Position numbers and translations under genes: made by a program
Notes under the pieces: model-generated
Seen by the model: the letters and a program-made list of their open reading frames with translations, nothing else
What the model was told of the DNA's origin: nothing
The model's database searches: none
NCBI GenBank assembly: GCA_017499595.2
Contig: CM039008.1
Location: 1,116,001 to 1,180,000, forward strand
Reading direction: 5' to 3'
DNA length: 64,000 nucleotides
Origin: Psilocybe cubensis
Lineage: Eukaryota
In this document: positions 1 to 11,900 of the stretch, piece after piece
Numbering within the stretch: position 1 is the first letter of the stretch
Layout: the number at the start of each line of letters is the position of its first letter

Positions 1-334
1 AATACCCAAGGAAGTGGTGCAGAATTTGATTGCTAGCATGCCTAGAAGGTGTGCAGCAGTGATTAAGGCCAAGGGTGGACATACAAAGTACTAGTAGATA
101 TGATTTATTAATACTCAAGTGTTTAGCAAAAAAACTGTTTGAATGACTTAGCAAATTGTGTATGCTGCTGTTTGGTCAATTCTTGGACAAATCACATGAT
201 CAGTGTGTCATCCTTTAGCTAACACCATATAGTATGTCTGTGAATAATCTCATATTTTTAACATTTTTAATTTTAAAGTTATAAATTAATCTTTTCATAC
301 GTGACCAACACTCGAACGGTTTTTTTGCTCACTG
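1..334 (+). mobile_element. 3' end of a Tc1/mariner-family DNA transposon (continues left of the window)
   Basis: Positions 2-94 translate to IPKEVVQNLIASMPRRCAAVIKAKGGHTKY*, the typical Tc1 transposase C-terminus. The element ends ...TTTTTTTGCTCACTG (330-334 = CACTG; reverse complement CAGTGAGCAAAAAAA, Tc1-like) followed by TA at 335-336, the Tc1/mariner target site. Confidence 0.88.
2..94 (+). CDS. C-terminal fragment of a Tc1-like transposase (intactness unknown)
   Basis: SMPRRCAAVIKAKGGHTKY* read directly from the sequence. Confidence 0.85.
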   Translation: MPKEVVQNLIASMPRRCAAVIKAKGGHTKY

Positions 335-646
335 TATAAAAGACATGGTGGAGAGTATTAAGAGATTAATAGGATCTTAGAGAAGACTGGCTTACAGCTG
401 CTAGGGCTTTAGTGGGTATCACAGAGTCCTATACCAGAGAAAACTGACCACAGTGTCAGCATCCAAGTCCCATACTGCTTCCCAAAGGAGCGTGCAAAGA
501 CATTTCCCTAGAGTGCAGCTTAGAGCATTGCCCTAATGACCTCCTACCAGTCAAAAAGTCTAATTCTATTAGATGTCTGAGATTAATAGTACCACCAAAA
601 AAAAACAAAAAAAAAAACTAATTAATTGTCCAAACCAAACAACAGG

Positions 647-1834
647 ATCATCGCGAAAACCGCCAAAAACATGCATTGCCTTTGTACCCTTTTAAGGTAA
701 GTCAGGAATTAGCCGACCTTACCAAGCCAATCAAAACATTTGTTGACCTTGGATTGCCTTTGAAAGGTTAGTGAATTATTAACTGATCTTTGCTTGGGAT
801 TTTAATATTTGTTCTTATTGTAAGTCATAGCAAAAGATTTCAGATGTATGTATAATCAGAGAATTATAAATTCCACCTTATTTTCCAATATAATTATATG
901 CTTTGCCTTATATTGTGTTGTAAAGCTTTAGAAAAATATTTCCTTGTTAATGAAATCTTCCCTAAAAATTGAAAGGCAAACCAATATCTAGATTAGTAGT
1001 GTAGGTTATTCATTGATTTTTAGTTATTATATTGATTGTTCAATATTTATAACCACGGGGCGTTCCTCACTGCTCAGAGCAAGCTCAGGGACAAAGTTCC
1101 GTGAGAAATCACATGACATAGAGTCAGACATTGGGGCCACGGAAATTGGGGACGGGGACTCTAAAAGACCGTCGCACAACTCAAAACGACTCTGTCAAGG
1201 CTTTTCACTTCCCCCATCTTCAAGAAATTAAATGGTAAGAATTTCTTCCTAACTTGTGAGATTCCTGCCTTATAACCTCTAGCATATACAGTTCTAACAG
1301 TACTAGCACACATGTGGGACTGGGTTTGGCTGGTCAGATAGTAAGTGCACATCATATTCTGTACCATCTATTCCACAATGTACTCATTTTCAACACAAAG
1401 GTGACCAACTATCTGATTCTTGCACTCGGTCTCATTCTCGCTTTTAGTGTAGTTTTTTTGCTCTGCTGTTTTGACTTCTACAGTAGCTTTTTTTACTACA
1501 CGTGTATTTGTATTTAGTTGGTTAATAAGCAATTTGTACATTTCTGGATACCGGCGGCCAAGCCAGAAAGAGTGAAATAAGATTCATTAATGAGCGCACA
1601 TCTTTGCAAACTTACCCAGCTTTGCAAGGGCAATTAAAGATTTGCCCTGCCTTCAAAGGTCAACTAAGAATGACCAAAAGTTACTAAGGATTTGCAATGT
1701 TGCTAATTATAACGTGTCCTTACTTGTAAGTGCTTACAAGTAAGGCCATTTATAATCTTTGTGTCCTTAGTGCCATTTGTTACCTTTATTAGCAATGTAT
1801 TATCTGGCAAACTTATGGCGGTTTTCGCAATGAT
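647..1834. mobile_element. Non-autonomous TIR DNA transposon relic (~1.19 kb)
   Basis: 19-bp inverted repeats ATCATCGCGAAAACCGCCA (647-665) and TGGCGGTTTTCGCAATGAT (1816-1834), one mismatch. AT-rich interior with no credible ORF. No TSD identified. Confidence 0.6.
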
Positions 1835-2061
1835 ACCCATAGTAGTTGATTCTATCATTATGCTAAGTACCATACTTTTTCTGTCTAATAAATAAAAGTA
1901 ATATCATATGGAAAAAGGATGAGTAAGATTAAGAATTATATAGAATTTACTAGGAAAAATAGAGCAAGAAGGGTGTGATGAAAGAAATAGACTATCTAAT
2001 CAGATAATTAATAAATAATAGAAAGATAAGATAAATCTATAATGAATGATAGAACAGCATA

Positions 2062-2445
2062 TACAGTAGACAAAAGTGCTGACTAGTCAGCCTAGGTATT
2101 GGTCTAACTATTTACATGACTAGTTTGTGATAAATTTTGTAATAAATCAACTAATCAGTCCATTGAATAGTTAGAAGAGCTCACAAAGATGTTGTTATGC
2201 AGAATGATTTATTTTGTGTAGTTACTATTTAATTTTATTTCAATAAACTCATTTACTAATAGTAATATTAATTAGTATAAATTTATTTACCAATAAGTAC
2301 TAAACAGTATGGCAATGTCTATGTAATTTCTTCTGATTAGTCAATAAACTGGTTAATAGATTTGTCACAGAACACATTACAAATTGGTTATATAACTAGT
2401 CAGACCAATATCCGGGCTAACTAGTCAGCATTTTTGCCTGCTGTG
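2062..2445. mobile_element. Fold-back MITE, CACTA/CMC-like, with ~140-bp degenerate inverted arms and 3-bp TSD
   Basis: Left arm TACAGTAGACAAAAGTGCTGACTAGTCAGCCTAGGTATTGGTCT... aligns without gaps to the reverse complement of the right arm (CACAGCAGGCAAAAATGCTGACTAGTTAGCCCGGATATTGGTCT...) over about 2062-2200 versus 2307-2445. ATA flanks both sides (2059-2061 and 2446-2448). Confidence 0.82.
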
Positions 2446-2535
2446 ATAATAGCACATTGCATCTCTGCATTTAATTATTCTTAGGACACTCAGAGTTTAA
2501 AACATGTTGTACTACTAAAGTCACAATGCTCAATA

Positions 2536-2607
2536 ACACTGATGGTGAAGTGGTTATCATGCTTGCCTTCCAAGCAAGCGGCAGGGGTTCGATTCCCCTT
2601 CAGTGTA
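2536..2607 (+). tRNA. tRNA-Gly (anticodon TCC), intronless
   Basis: Complete cloverleaf: acceptor ACACTGA/TCAGTGT, D arm GTGA-AGTGGTTA-TCAT, anticodon arm CTTGC-CTTCCAA-GCAAG, T arm AGGGG-TTCGATT-CCCCT, discriminator A. A T-run (Pol III terminator) follows at ~2610-2614. Confidence 0.93.
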
Positions 2608-2858
2608 TCTTTTATCACTTTGATTTTTCTCAGCCAAAATGGAAGTCAAATGAGTTCTTCTTAGCTGTTGGATCATTTAAATTTTCACGATTAAATACAA
2701 TACCATTCTTTTTGAGTATTTAGTACTCGAGGAGACGGCGATTGTCGTCTCCTAGCATCAGGCTCAATTTTCCAGCGCCGACTAAACTTCCGCGTGTCCA
2801 AGGGGAGATACGCGTAAGGGGCTTAGGTAAACTCACCACAAGCCAAAGGATAGTCTTT

Positions 2859-5168
2859 ATGTCTGGCCTTTCAGCAAAACAGGAAGAGGCAGTCGCGCAG
2901 CTCAGGGAGCTCATCGGCGGAGCGGACGCGGATGCGGACGTCGCGACCAACGTGCTTCGTAGCGTCGACTGGGACGTCGAGGTGTGTACCCCACAGACAC
3001 TCTTTTCACATTATACCATCCACAGCTGATTTACGGTTACTTCGACGACGATTTAGCGCGCGGCGGATTTTCTGTTCGGGAATGCAGGGAGTGCACCTGA
3101 GGCGTCTGCGTCGACATCGGCGTCGGGCTCGTCCTCTTCGGCGGCGAGGGGTGGAGCGCCGCGCATGGAGGAGTTTGATATTGACGATTCGCAACAGGGC
3201 GAGTTCGAGAATGCGCACCGTGCCCGTGAACATGAGCACGAGCACGAGCCTGAATACCCCCCACGACAAAGGGTATGCCCTCCCCCTCTCCCATCCTGCA
3301 GTAACTAAGTACTAACCCTCCCAGAACCCACCGGTCCCGACAGCCCCAAACACCTTCGCCCGGCCCCTCTTGACGCTGCTCACCTTCCCGCTACACGTCC
3401 TCTCGAGCATGTTCAAGTTCATCTTCACGATTCTGCGCATCCCCGTACCGCAGTTCCGCTTCATGGGGATGAACCTTGGGCTTAACCTCTCGCTCGGCGG
3501 GTACCGTCCGCTGCACTCGCGCGGGGGCGCACCGGGGACGAGCGGCCCCGAGCGCTGGCTGCGCGCGTTGGAGGAAGAGACGGGCGCGGTGGCCGTCAGT
3601 CGGCGGGTACAGGCGAAGGGATCCTCGACGGCTACAGCGGACCCGGGTGCGGGGTCGTCGACGCTGACGTCCCGTGCAGCGGCTGGGTCGAGTACGGGCG
3701 CTAATGGGATCTGGGAAGATGGAAGGAAGTATCTCCCCGATTTTACGATTTCTACGTACGAAGATTTTCTGCGCCGGTGCCAGAACGAGACCAAGATTGG
3801 GTGCATTGTCCTCGTGAGCGAGGAGCACGACGACGTGCCCGAATTCAAGCGGTGCGTCTGCTTTTTGCCTTGTCCGGCTTGTGTTCTGAATATACTTTTT
3901 CTTAGATCTACGCTGACGGACCCAGCGTTCGTCAAGGCTCTATACGACAACGATATGCTCGTGTGGGGCGGAGACGTGCGCGACCATGAGGCCTGGTCCG
4001 GTAAGCATTCCCTTCCTCTTCCTCCTCCCACACTGACACCCATCCCATCGTAGCATCCCAAAAGCTACAAGCAACAACCTACCCCTTCGTCGCCTTCGTC
4101 GCCCTCCAACCACGGCGCACTGCCGGCGTCTCCTCTTTCACTACTACCGCCTCCTCATCTACATCTACAAACCCCTCTACAAACCCACCTACACTCACCG
4201 TGCTCTCGCGACACCAAGGCCCGTCCCTGCCGCACACATCCACGCCGCTCGCCCCCGCTGGACCCACCGCTGCACACACACTCACCCATCACATCACGGC
4301 GCAGCTCCTCCCGCGCGTCACACCGTACATCGCTCAGCTCCGCGCGCACGCGCAGTCGCTCGTACGCGAGCGGGAGCTGAGGGCCGAGCAGGATGCGGCG
4401 TTCGCACGCGCCGCGCGGGCAGACAAGGAGCGTATTGAGAGGCGGGTGAGGGAGGAGAAAGAGAGGGAGGATGAGGCGCGGCGGCGTGCGGAGACGGAGC
4501 GGCGGGAGGTCGAGCGGCAGAAGAGGGAGAAAGAAGAGAGGGTGAGAAAAGAGGAGGAGAGGATGGTATGGCGGCGCTGGGCGCGGAGGGTGCTCGTCAC
4601 TGGGACGGGCACCGACAAGACGAATGATGCAGGGGAGAAGCCGTTGCGCGTTGCGATCCGCTTGCCGAGCGGTGCGCGCGTTGTGCACACTTTCCCCTCT
4701 TCCTCCTCATCGACACTCACATCCCTCTACGCACTCGTCGACTCGCACCTCATTCCCCCCACGCATCCCGCGTCCGAAGACCCCTCTCCACCCATCTCAA
4801 TGGCCACATCAAAAGAATCCTTCACCACACTCCTTGAATCACACATCGTCCAAGAGCAGGAATCCGCCTTACCAAGCGACAAAGGACCAGCTGCAGGATT
4901 CTGGCCATTCCTCATCGTGGGCGCATACCCACGAGCTGAGATCCCCTGGGCACCGCACACACCGCTGAGCGCCGTCGAAGCGCTCAGAGGCGGTGGACAG
5001 GTCGTCGTTGAGCTGCTGCGGTCGCCGTCGGAGAAGACGAGGTCGGGGTCTGGGACACCGCGGTCGTCACTGAACGGCGAGCGGGGCACTGTGCAGGGAA
5101 ATGGAAGTGCAGGTGCGCAGGTTGATGATGATGATGATGACGGATACGCGACGGAGGAAAGCGAGTAG
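2859..5168 (+). CDS. UBX-domain Cdc48/p97 adaptor (UBA - hydrophobic hairpin - UAS - coiled coil - UBX; FAF2/UBXD8/Ubx3-Dsc5-like), spliced
   Basis: N-terminal UBA-like VLRSVDWDVE; hydrophobic LLTFPLHVLSSMFKFIFTILRIP; UAS motifs WGGDVRDHEAW and ATTYPFVAFV; ERELRAEQDAAF coil; UBX-like RVAIRLPSGARVVHTF and YPR. GT-AG introns. Confidence 0.88.
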
Positions 5169-5780
5169 AGTCTTGTTTTTGTATTTAAATAATTTGTTCA
5201 GAGCAGCGAGAGCGCAGACTGTGTCGTGTGCTTTGGGCCTGACTGTTCTCGTAGTGACTACATACACCATACACCATACAACGATACACCCATATATACT
5301 TAGTTAGAAATTAGCACAACATCCAGCACGCCTACAACTATATATTATACCGCTTTCGACGATTCGCTTCGTTTCATCTTCATCGTCGTCCTCCACTTTT
5401 CGCTGTTCAGACTTACCACCGTCTGATCATCAAGTACCACCCACCACCATCATCGTTACACCAAGGAGCAATTTCAAAAAATCTTTCTTGGGAAGGAATA
5501 AGAAAAAAAGACAAAAACAGCCAGATAAACTACGAAACACGAAAACGCGGTACAAGAACACGACCAAAGAGAAAGAAAGAAGTAAAAAGAAGTCGTGAGG
5601 GAGAATCTTCGTAAGGATATATACTAACATGTTCGGCATCGCGATGGTATGGTATGATAGTTATGTATATCCAGTCGCAGCCGTCAGAAATTATCTCATA
5701 TCTGTCCTCTGAACCTTCTCCGTAAGGCGATTCCAACTCAAACTCTTCCGATTCGACGTGTTCCGACGCGTTTTTGTTCT

Positions 5781-7185
5781 CTACTGGCTCAGAATCGTGC
5801 GCACGAACGATTCGTAGTTGACATTTCCATCTCTGCAAACGCAAACACAAACAAATGTCAGTACTTGTGTACGTTCAATGCATGTATAATGATATCGCTC
5901 GAAACAAAAGGCACACGACACGAAAGCGAAAGCAAACACAAAGCCTCCCAACCCCCAAATTACAAACCACAAACCACAAACCACAAACCACAAACCACAA
6001 ACCACAAACCACAAACCCTCTCCCAAAACCATAAAATCAAACGCCAAACACCAAGAAAACGAGAATAAAAACGAATGTAGAAACTCACGCGCCAACTTGC
6101 ACCCCCTTCAACAGCTCATCGACTTCCTCATCCGTCATCTTCTCGCCGAGCTGAGTTAGGACATAGCGGAGCTCTCCCGCGCCGATGAATCCATTGCCTT
6201 CTTTATCAAAGACCTGGAAGCCTCGGATAAATTCCTCTATTTCCAGTTACAGTTGCAGTTGCAATTATGTATGGAAGGTAAGCGGGGGATGAGATGAAAA
6301 TTACAAGTAGAGTAAGCCCTAGGATCACATAACACAAAGTTAGAACAACGCACCAGGTGTGCCTGCAGGCTTGAACCCATCCGGTCGATTCAAAATCGTC
6401 AAAAATGTCTTGTAATCCACGTCTCTGGGTGCGGCCGCGACGATCTCGGCTACCTCTGCTTGTGTGGGGTTCTGCCCGAGCGCGCGGAGGAGGTCACCGA
6501 GGGTTTCGCGTGGGACGGCGCCGGTGCCGCGTTTGTCGAAGAGGGCAAAGGCTTCTTTGTATTCTGGTGTTGGGGAGGGGATGTGTTGGGTTGTGTTGAG
6601 GTTGGGAAGGGGAAAGGGTGGTTAATGTTGATTAGATGTGTTGCAAATTAGATTGGCCGGGTAAAGTAGTGTTCAGAGAACAAAGACATCCACCACCACC
6701 ACCACCACAGCGCAGTCGGCGCAAGGAGTGAAGACAATATCGAACAACGGGCGGGCGACACACCAGCAAACGAATAGAGAGAAAGAGGAGGAAAGACAAA
6801 GAAAGAAGACAGGGAAGAAGAATATCGCGTCAGAACCAGCACCACCAACACCAATCTCGATGCATGCATCCACTCACCTGCGTTATCGCTCTACATGTAT
6901 GTTCCATCCATGTCCGTTCACAGTCCAAGTCCAATGTAATCCATGTCCGGATCCAAAGTAGAGTCCGAGTCCAAAGTCGTATCCAAATTGGCATTCCAAA
7001 GACAAAACCAAAGTCGAGTGTGAGTCCGAGTAGGGATCCAATGCCCAAGTCCCAAAGTCGCATCCAAATCGAAACCGAAATGCACGTCCAAATGTCAAGT
7101 TAAAGAGCCAATGCCAAATCACAAATCCAATGCAAAGTACCGTCAGCTCCACCCACCCATACACAAAGAAACGCGTACGCACCAT
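5781..7185 (-). CDS. cdc4: Myosin light chain, EF-hand (Cdc4/Mlc1 type), spliced
   Basis: Exons assemble to [20 protein letters not shown]...[10 protein letters not shown]...[45 protein letters not shown]...[19 protein letters not shown]-only first coding exon (7185-7183, donor GTGCGT) and a 13-nt exon at 6890-6878. Confidence 0.92.
5962..6017 (+). repeat. (ACAAACC)8 heptamer tandem repeat in the last intron of the light-chain gene
   Basis: Eight perfect units read directly. Confidence 0.95.
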
Positions 7186-7676
7186 TGTACTGAATGTTAT
7201 GAAGGTTACTTTTCGCGTCAAGTCAAATCAAATCAGACAGAAAAGCTATTAACAGGAGGAGGAGGAGAGATGCTTGTTGAACGGTTGAACTGAACACGAA
7301 CACGGTCACCACCATCACCGACATGTCCAATCGCGGAAGTCTATTTGTATATGTTATGCTCATGCATTTAGGGGTTATTGGTATAGATTAGATTAGATTA
7401 GATGAGATTAGATTATACATATACCCAGCGCTAGCCAGTAGCGCCCAAAGAAAGCACCTCCGAACCGCAGATAAAACCCGAAAAATCATACCAAAATTGT
7501 CCCTAGAACTGCGTAGTATAGAGTAATTATACAGCATGGATGTATGACGGAGATTGAAATACATTGTCATCTACGAGTCCACTGTCCAGAGTCCGTTTTA
7601 TTTCATTTTCTTGAACTCCCAGCTTCAATTCTTATTCTTATTCTTACTATTAGTATTATTCCACCACTATGACAAG

Positions 7677-8759
7677 CTAGATATACATCCCACCCTCACC
7701 AACCTCTGCCCCCTTCCTCCTCTTCACTCCACCAGTCACATCCTCCTTGCTATTGCTAGGCTTCACCCACTCCCGCATCCCATCCTCTCCCTTACCAATA
7801 GCTCTAAACAAAAGACGCTGTGCAGAATTTACGAGTTGCGTGCTCCAATCTACATCGTCGTCATCATTGTCCTGTGAAAGTGCGGAGGTAGATGAGGAGG
7901 CAGAGAGGGTGCGGGGAGGAGAGGGGGGGATGTGTGGTGTGGGTAAGAGGATGAGTGTGCGGGTTAACGGTGTTGATGAGGAGGATGAGGGAGAAGAGGA
8001 AGTAAGGAACGCAGCAGATGTGGCCGCTACGAGATTCGGCGGCTCGAACGGTTTCGCCTCTTCATCCTGTAAAGCGTTAACATCAACGAGTGTCGTAGAG
8101 TAGAGACGCGTACGTACAGAGAAACTCAGCCCCTCATCCGTGGTCAAATATCTCACAGGCGCGTCGTGCGCCGGAATGCGCACATCCGTTGCGTACGTCG
8201 GTGTCGGGTACGTGTCCAGAACCGCGAGGCTATGTGTTCACTTAGCATTAATATTAGCCCTCTCGCAATAACGCACCTCGTCGGGGACAGCGCGTCGAGG
8301 ACAGCCGCTGCGTACGGGTGCATCGCGGGCAAAGGGAGCCGTGCGAACGGTTCGGAGATCAGCACTGTCGCGCTTGTCCATGTAGGCGTGAACAGAAGCC
8401 CAATCTACACGAAAATCTTCAAATCCACATTTACCCAGCAATGAAAAGACGCACCTGGACTTTATCGACGTACACTGCGCCAATCTGCTCGCCCAGCTGT
8501 GCGCCTCTAGCCCAGTAGCGTCCCGCGTCGCCGGATGCAACCTCCAGCGGTTTTCCCGACTGTAAATCCCCGACGATTTTGACGTCGTATTGAGTGGGGG
8601 TAGGTGGAGATGGATTTGGATGCAGGGGGTTGAACTCGTCTTCCTCCTCATCCGACTCGATGGCGTAGCGCGGTGGCACGGTATCTGCTAGAGGATCGAC
8701 GTCCTATCGTATCATACAATCAGCAAGAAGTTCATCGGCAATATGGATACACGTACCAT
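7677..8759 (-). CDS. Probable proteasome assembly chaperone 1 (PAC1/Pba1/PSMG1-like), spliced
   Basis: M|DVDPLADTVPPRYAIESDEEEDE N-terminus, central FEPPNLV, and C-terminal ...GGMYI* matching the HbYX proteasome-docking motif. ATG-only first exon at 8759-8757. Confidence 0.62.
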
Positions 8760-8908
8760 TGCGATAGGGAATACAAACTTAAGTCAAGGATGTACGCGTA
8801 CGCGCATCAGGATGACCGACGTTGTTTGTCCGAGAGCATGAAACCAAACAGCACGCGCCTGCCATCCCCGCTCCAGTGACCGTCTTTGATTCCGTCCCAC
8901 ACACTCAA

Positions 8909-11900
8909 ATGTCTGCCGACCTGCTCGGCGCGCTCCTCGCCGTGGTCGGCGATGAGCCAGATAGCGGAGGCGGGGGCAGCGACGAGCCAGGCAAACTTCC
9001 CCCCGGCTCCCCACCTACCCGTGCGTGTTCTTGTCCTCTACCTTGAACGAATACTAAAGCTATACGCAGTGAAATTCGAAGGACCTTGGTTCACGACGCA
9101 GCTGACGATCTCGCTGACAGTCGGCGTGCTCTCTTTTCTCATATTTTCGTACTGTCGGACGCGATGGCCTCTTCTTTTTGCCCCGCGCACAAAGCTCAAA
9201 GGTGCGTTCTTTCGGTGGTTTAATGCCCTGTTATCATTGAACACCTTGTCTAATGCCCCGCTCATCGTCGACCACAGGCTTCTCGCCGCACGAGGCGCAC
9301 GCGCACCAGGCGTTCTTTGGCTGGATCATGCCCACCATCCGCACCTCAGAGTTTACCGTGCTCCAGATCGTGGGGCTCGACGCCGCCGTGGTCTGTCTCT
9401 CCTCTTTACCAGCTTTAGAGTGCACTAACACCGCCATAGTTGCTCAACTTTTTCAAGATGTCGTTTTACCTCTTCTCGCTGTGCTCAATGTTCGCCGTGT
9501 GCATCCTCATGCCCATCAACTGGAAGGTGCGTCGCGTCGCCTTGCGCAGTGCGCAGTCATTGATATGATATGATAGCGAAACAAACATCTACTGGACGAC
9601 GACGACGACGACTGGCCAGGCGGCGACAATTCCACCTGGCCTCTCATCCTACATCACCTCCCAATCCTAACCACCTCCTTCTCCTTCTCCGAGCCCCCCT
9701 CCAACCCAAACACCAACCACACCTCCCCTCTCCCACCTGACTGGCTCGACCTCATCTCCGACGCCACAACCTACCTCTCCACACACCTCCTCCTAACTTA
9801 CCTCTTCACTATACTCGCCCTCATCCTCGCAGCACGTACCTACCGGCGTTTCTTGCGCGCACGCCAGCTCTTTTCCTTGGAACTCGTGCACTCCATCCCA
9901 GCACGCACCGTCCTCCTCACTGGAATCCCCCGCACACTGCGCGCCGAACGCCGGTTGGCAGAGTACTGGGAGAACATGGGGCTGGGCGTCGAGAGCGTCA
10001 GCCTCGTGCGCGAGGTCGGCGGCCTCAAGGGGCTGCTCGACGAGCGCACGAAGAGGCTATTGGCGCTCGAGAGGTGCTGGGTCGATTACGTCGGCAACCC
10101 CAGCACGTTGGAATCGTACGACCCCGAATCGTCTGGTGTCGCTCCTTTAGTCGACATCGACATTGAAGACCAGCAATCGAGTCAGCAAAATCGACTGGTG
10201 GTCCCCCACCGCCCACGGCCAACCCTGCGCGCGCGCTGGTTCGGGCCCAAAGTCGACGCGCTCGAACACCTCGAAGCGCGCTTCCTCGCCGCTGACGCGC
10301 GTGTCAAACGCACACGGCGTACAGGGAAATTCCGGCCCACGTCCTCCGCGTTCATCACCTTCGAAAAGATGTCGTCCGCTCAGATCGCTCTACAAGTTGC
10401 CCACTCTCCTCTACCCCCCTCCACCTCCTCCTCGGGTGAAGATGCACTGCAAATGCACACATATCCCGCCCCAGAGCCGCGCGACATCGTTTGGTCTAAC
10501 ATGTCCCTCTCCCCGCGCGCGCTCCTCGTGCGCGACGCCCTCGTCACCGCCTCGCTCGGCCTCCTCTTCTTCTTCTGGTTCTTCCCTATTACAAGTCTCG
10601 CTGGGCTGCTCAGCTACGAGGAGGTGAAAAAGACTGTGCCGTGGCTTGGGCGCCTCATCGATCGCAGGGAAGACGTGCGCGCTGTGGTTCAGAATTCATT
10701 GCCCAGTGTGGCAATGATCTCGCTGAACGGCGCGTTGCCATTTATTTTGGAGGGTGAGTATTATGTACTTAGTGGTGGTGATACTCATGATCTGACCTTT
10801 CACAGGTCTGACGTATGTACAGGGATACCGCGCACGAAGCTGGGTTGAATTCTCCTTACTCAAAAAGTACGTCTACCCTCCTTTCTCTCCCCAGCTAACC
10901 TAACTCCCTACCCACAGATACTTCCTATTCCTCCTCGTCAATGTCGTCTTTATCTTCCTCTTCGCCACAACATATTGGCAACTCGTTCAAGACCTCGCCA
11001 ACTCGCCTGCAAAGGTTCCTGAGAAGCTCGCAATTGCGCTGCAAGCGGGAAGGGCGAGGCATTTCTTTTTGAGTTATGTTATTTTGCAGGGTACGCTCTC
11101 GGTTTCGATTTTTAAGTTTAAAGCTAATTGTGCGTGTTGTTGATTTGTTGATGCTGGATACAGGGATAGGCATTATGCCGCTGCAGCTGCTCAATCTGGG
11201 TGTGATCATCCCCCGCGTGTTTTATAGGGTGTTTTATACGCGCACTCCGCGAGGTACGTCCATTTCTCGAACTCACTGCCGCGCACACTCACACCCCGCG
11301 CAGACTTTGCCGAGCTCAACGCGCCGCCGATGATCAACTACGGGGTCGTCTATCCCCAGGCGATCCTCATGTTCGTCATCACGATGCTCTACAGCATCGT
11401 CCAACCCCTCATCGTCATATTCGGTGCTGTATACTTTGGCGTCGGGTATGTCGTGTACAAATACAAGCTCCTCTTTGGTACGCACCATCCCTTTCTCTTC
11501 TCTCAACCCAAAATAATCAACCGCACACAGTATTCTACAAACCCTACGAATCGCAAGGCCAAGCCTGGCCCATAACCTATATTCGCCTCATCTGGGGCCT
11601 AGTCATCTACCTCCTCTTCATGATTGGCATCTTCACCCTCCGCCACTCCTACATTCTATCCACGCTCCTCCTTCCCCTGCTCGCCTACACCCTCCTCTGC
11701 GGGTGGTACACTCACCGCCGGCTACGCCCACTGAGCAAATACGTTGCTCTTAGCGAGGTGTTTGAGGTGCAGCGCGGCGAAGAGGGCGCGGAGGTGCAGA
11801 GGCTGAGAGAGGGGCATCCTGTCACGTGGAGTCAGAGCCATTTGAATAGGAGGAGGTATGCGCAGAACGATGATACGCTCTATGTGGCGCCAGAGGATGA

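Noticed and set aside
1314..1517. Short ORF ending CICI, a possible CaaX pheromone precursor
   Set aside because: It lies inside a TE relic, has a non-ATG start, and lacks the pheromone-like charged dipeptide and composition.
2526..2723. 65-aa ORF
   Set aside because: It overlaps the tRNA-Gly and is an incidental reading frame.
6460..6651. ORF ending CVAN (CaaX-like)
   Set aside because: Antisense to a cdc4 exon and intron; chance.
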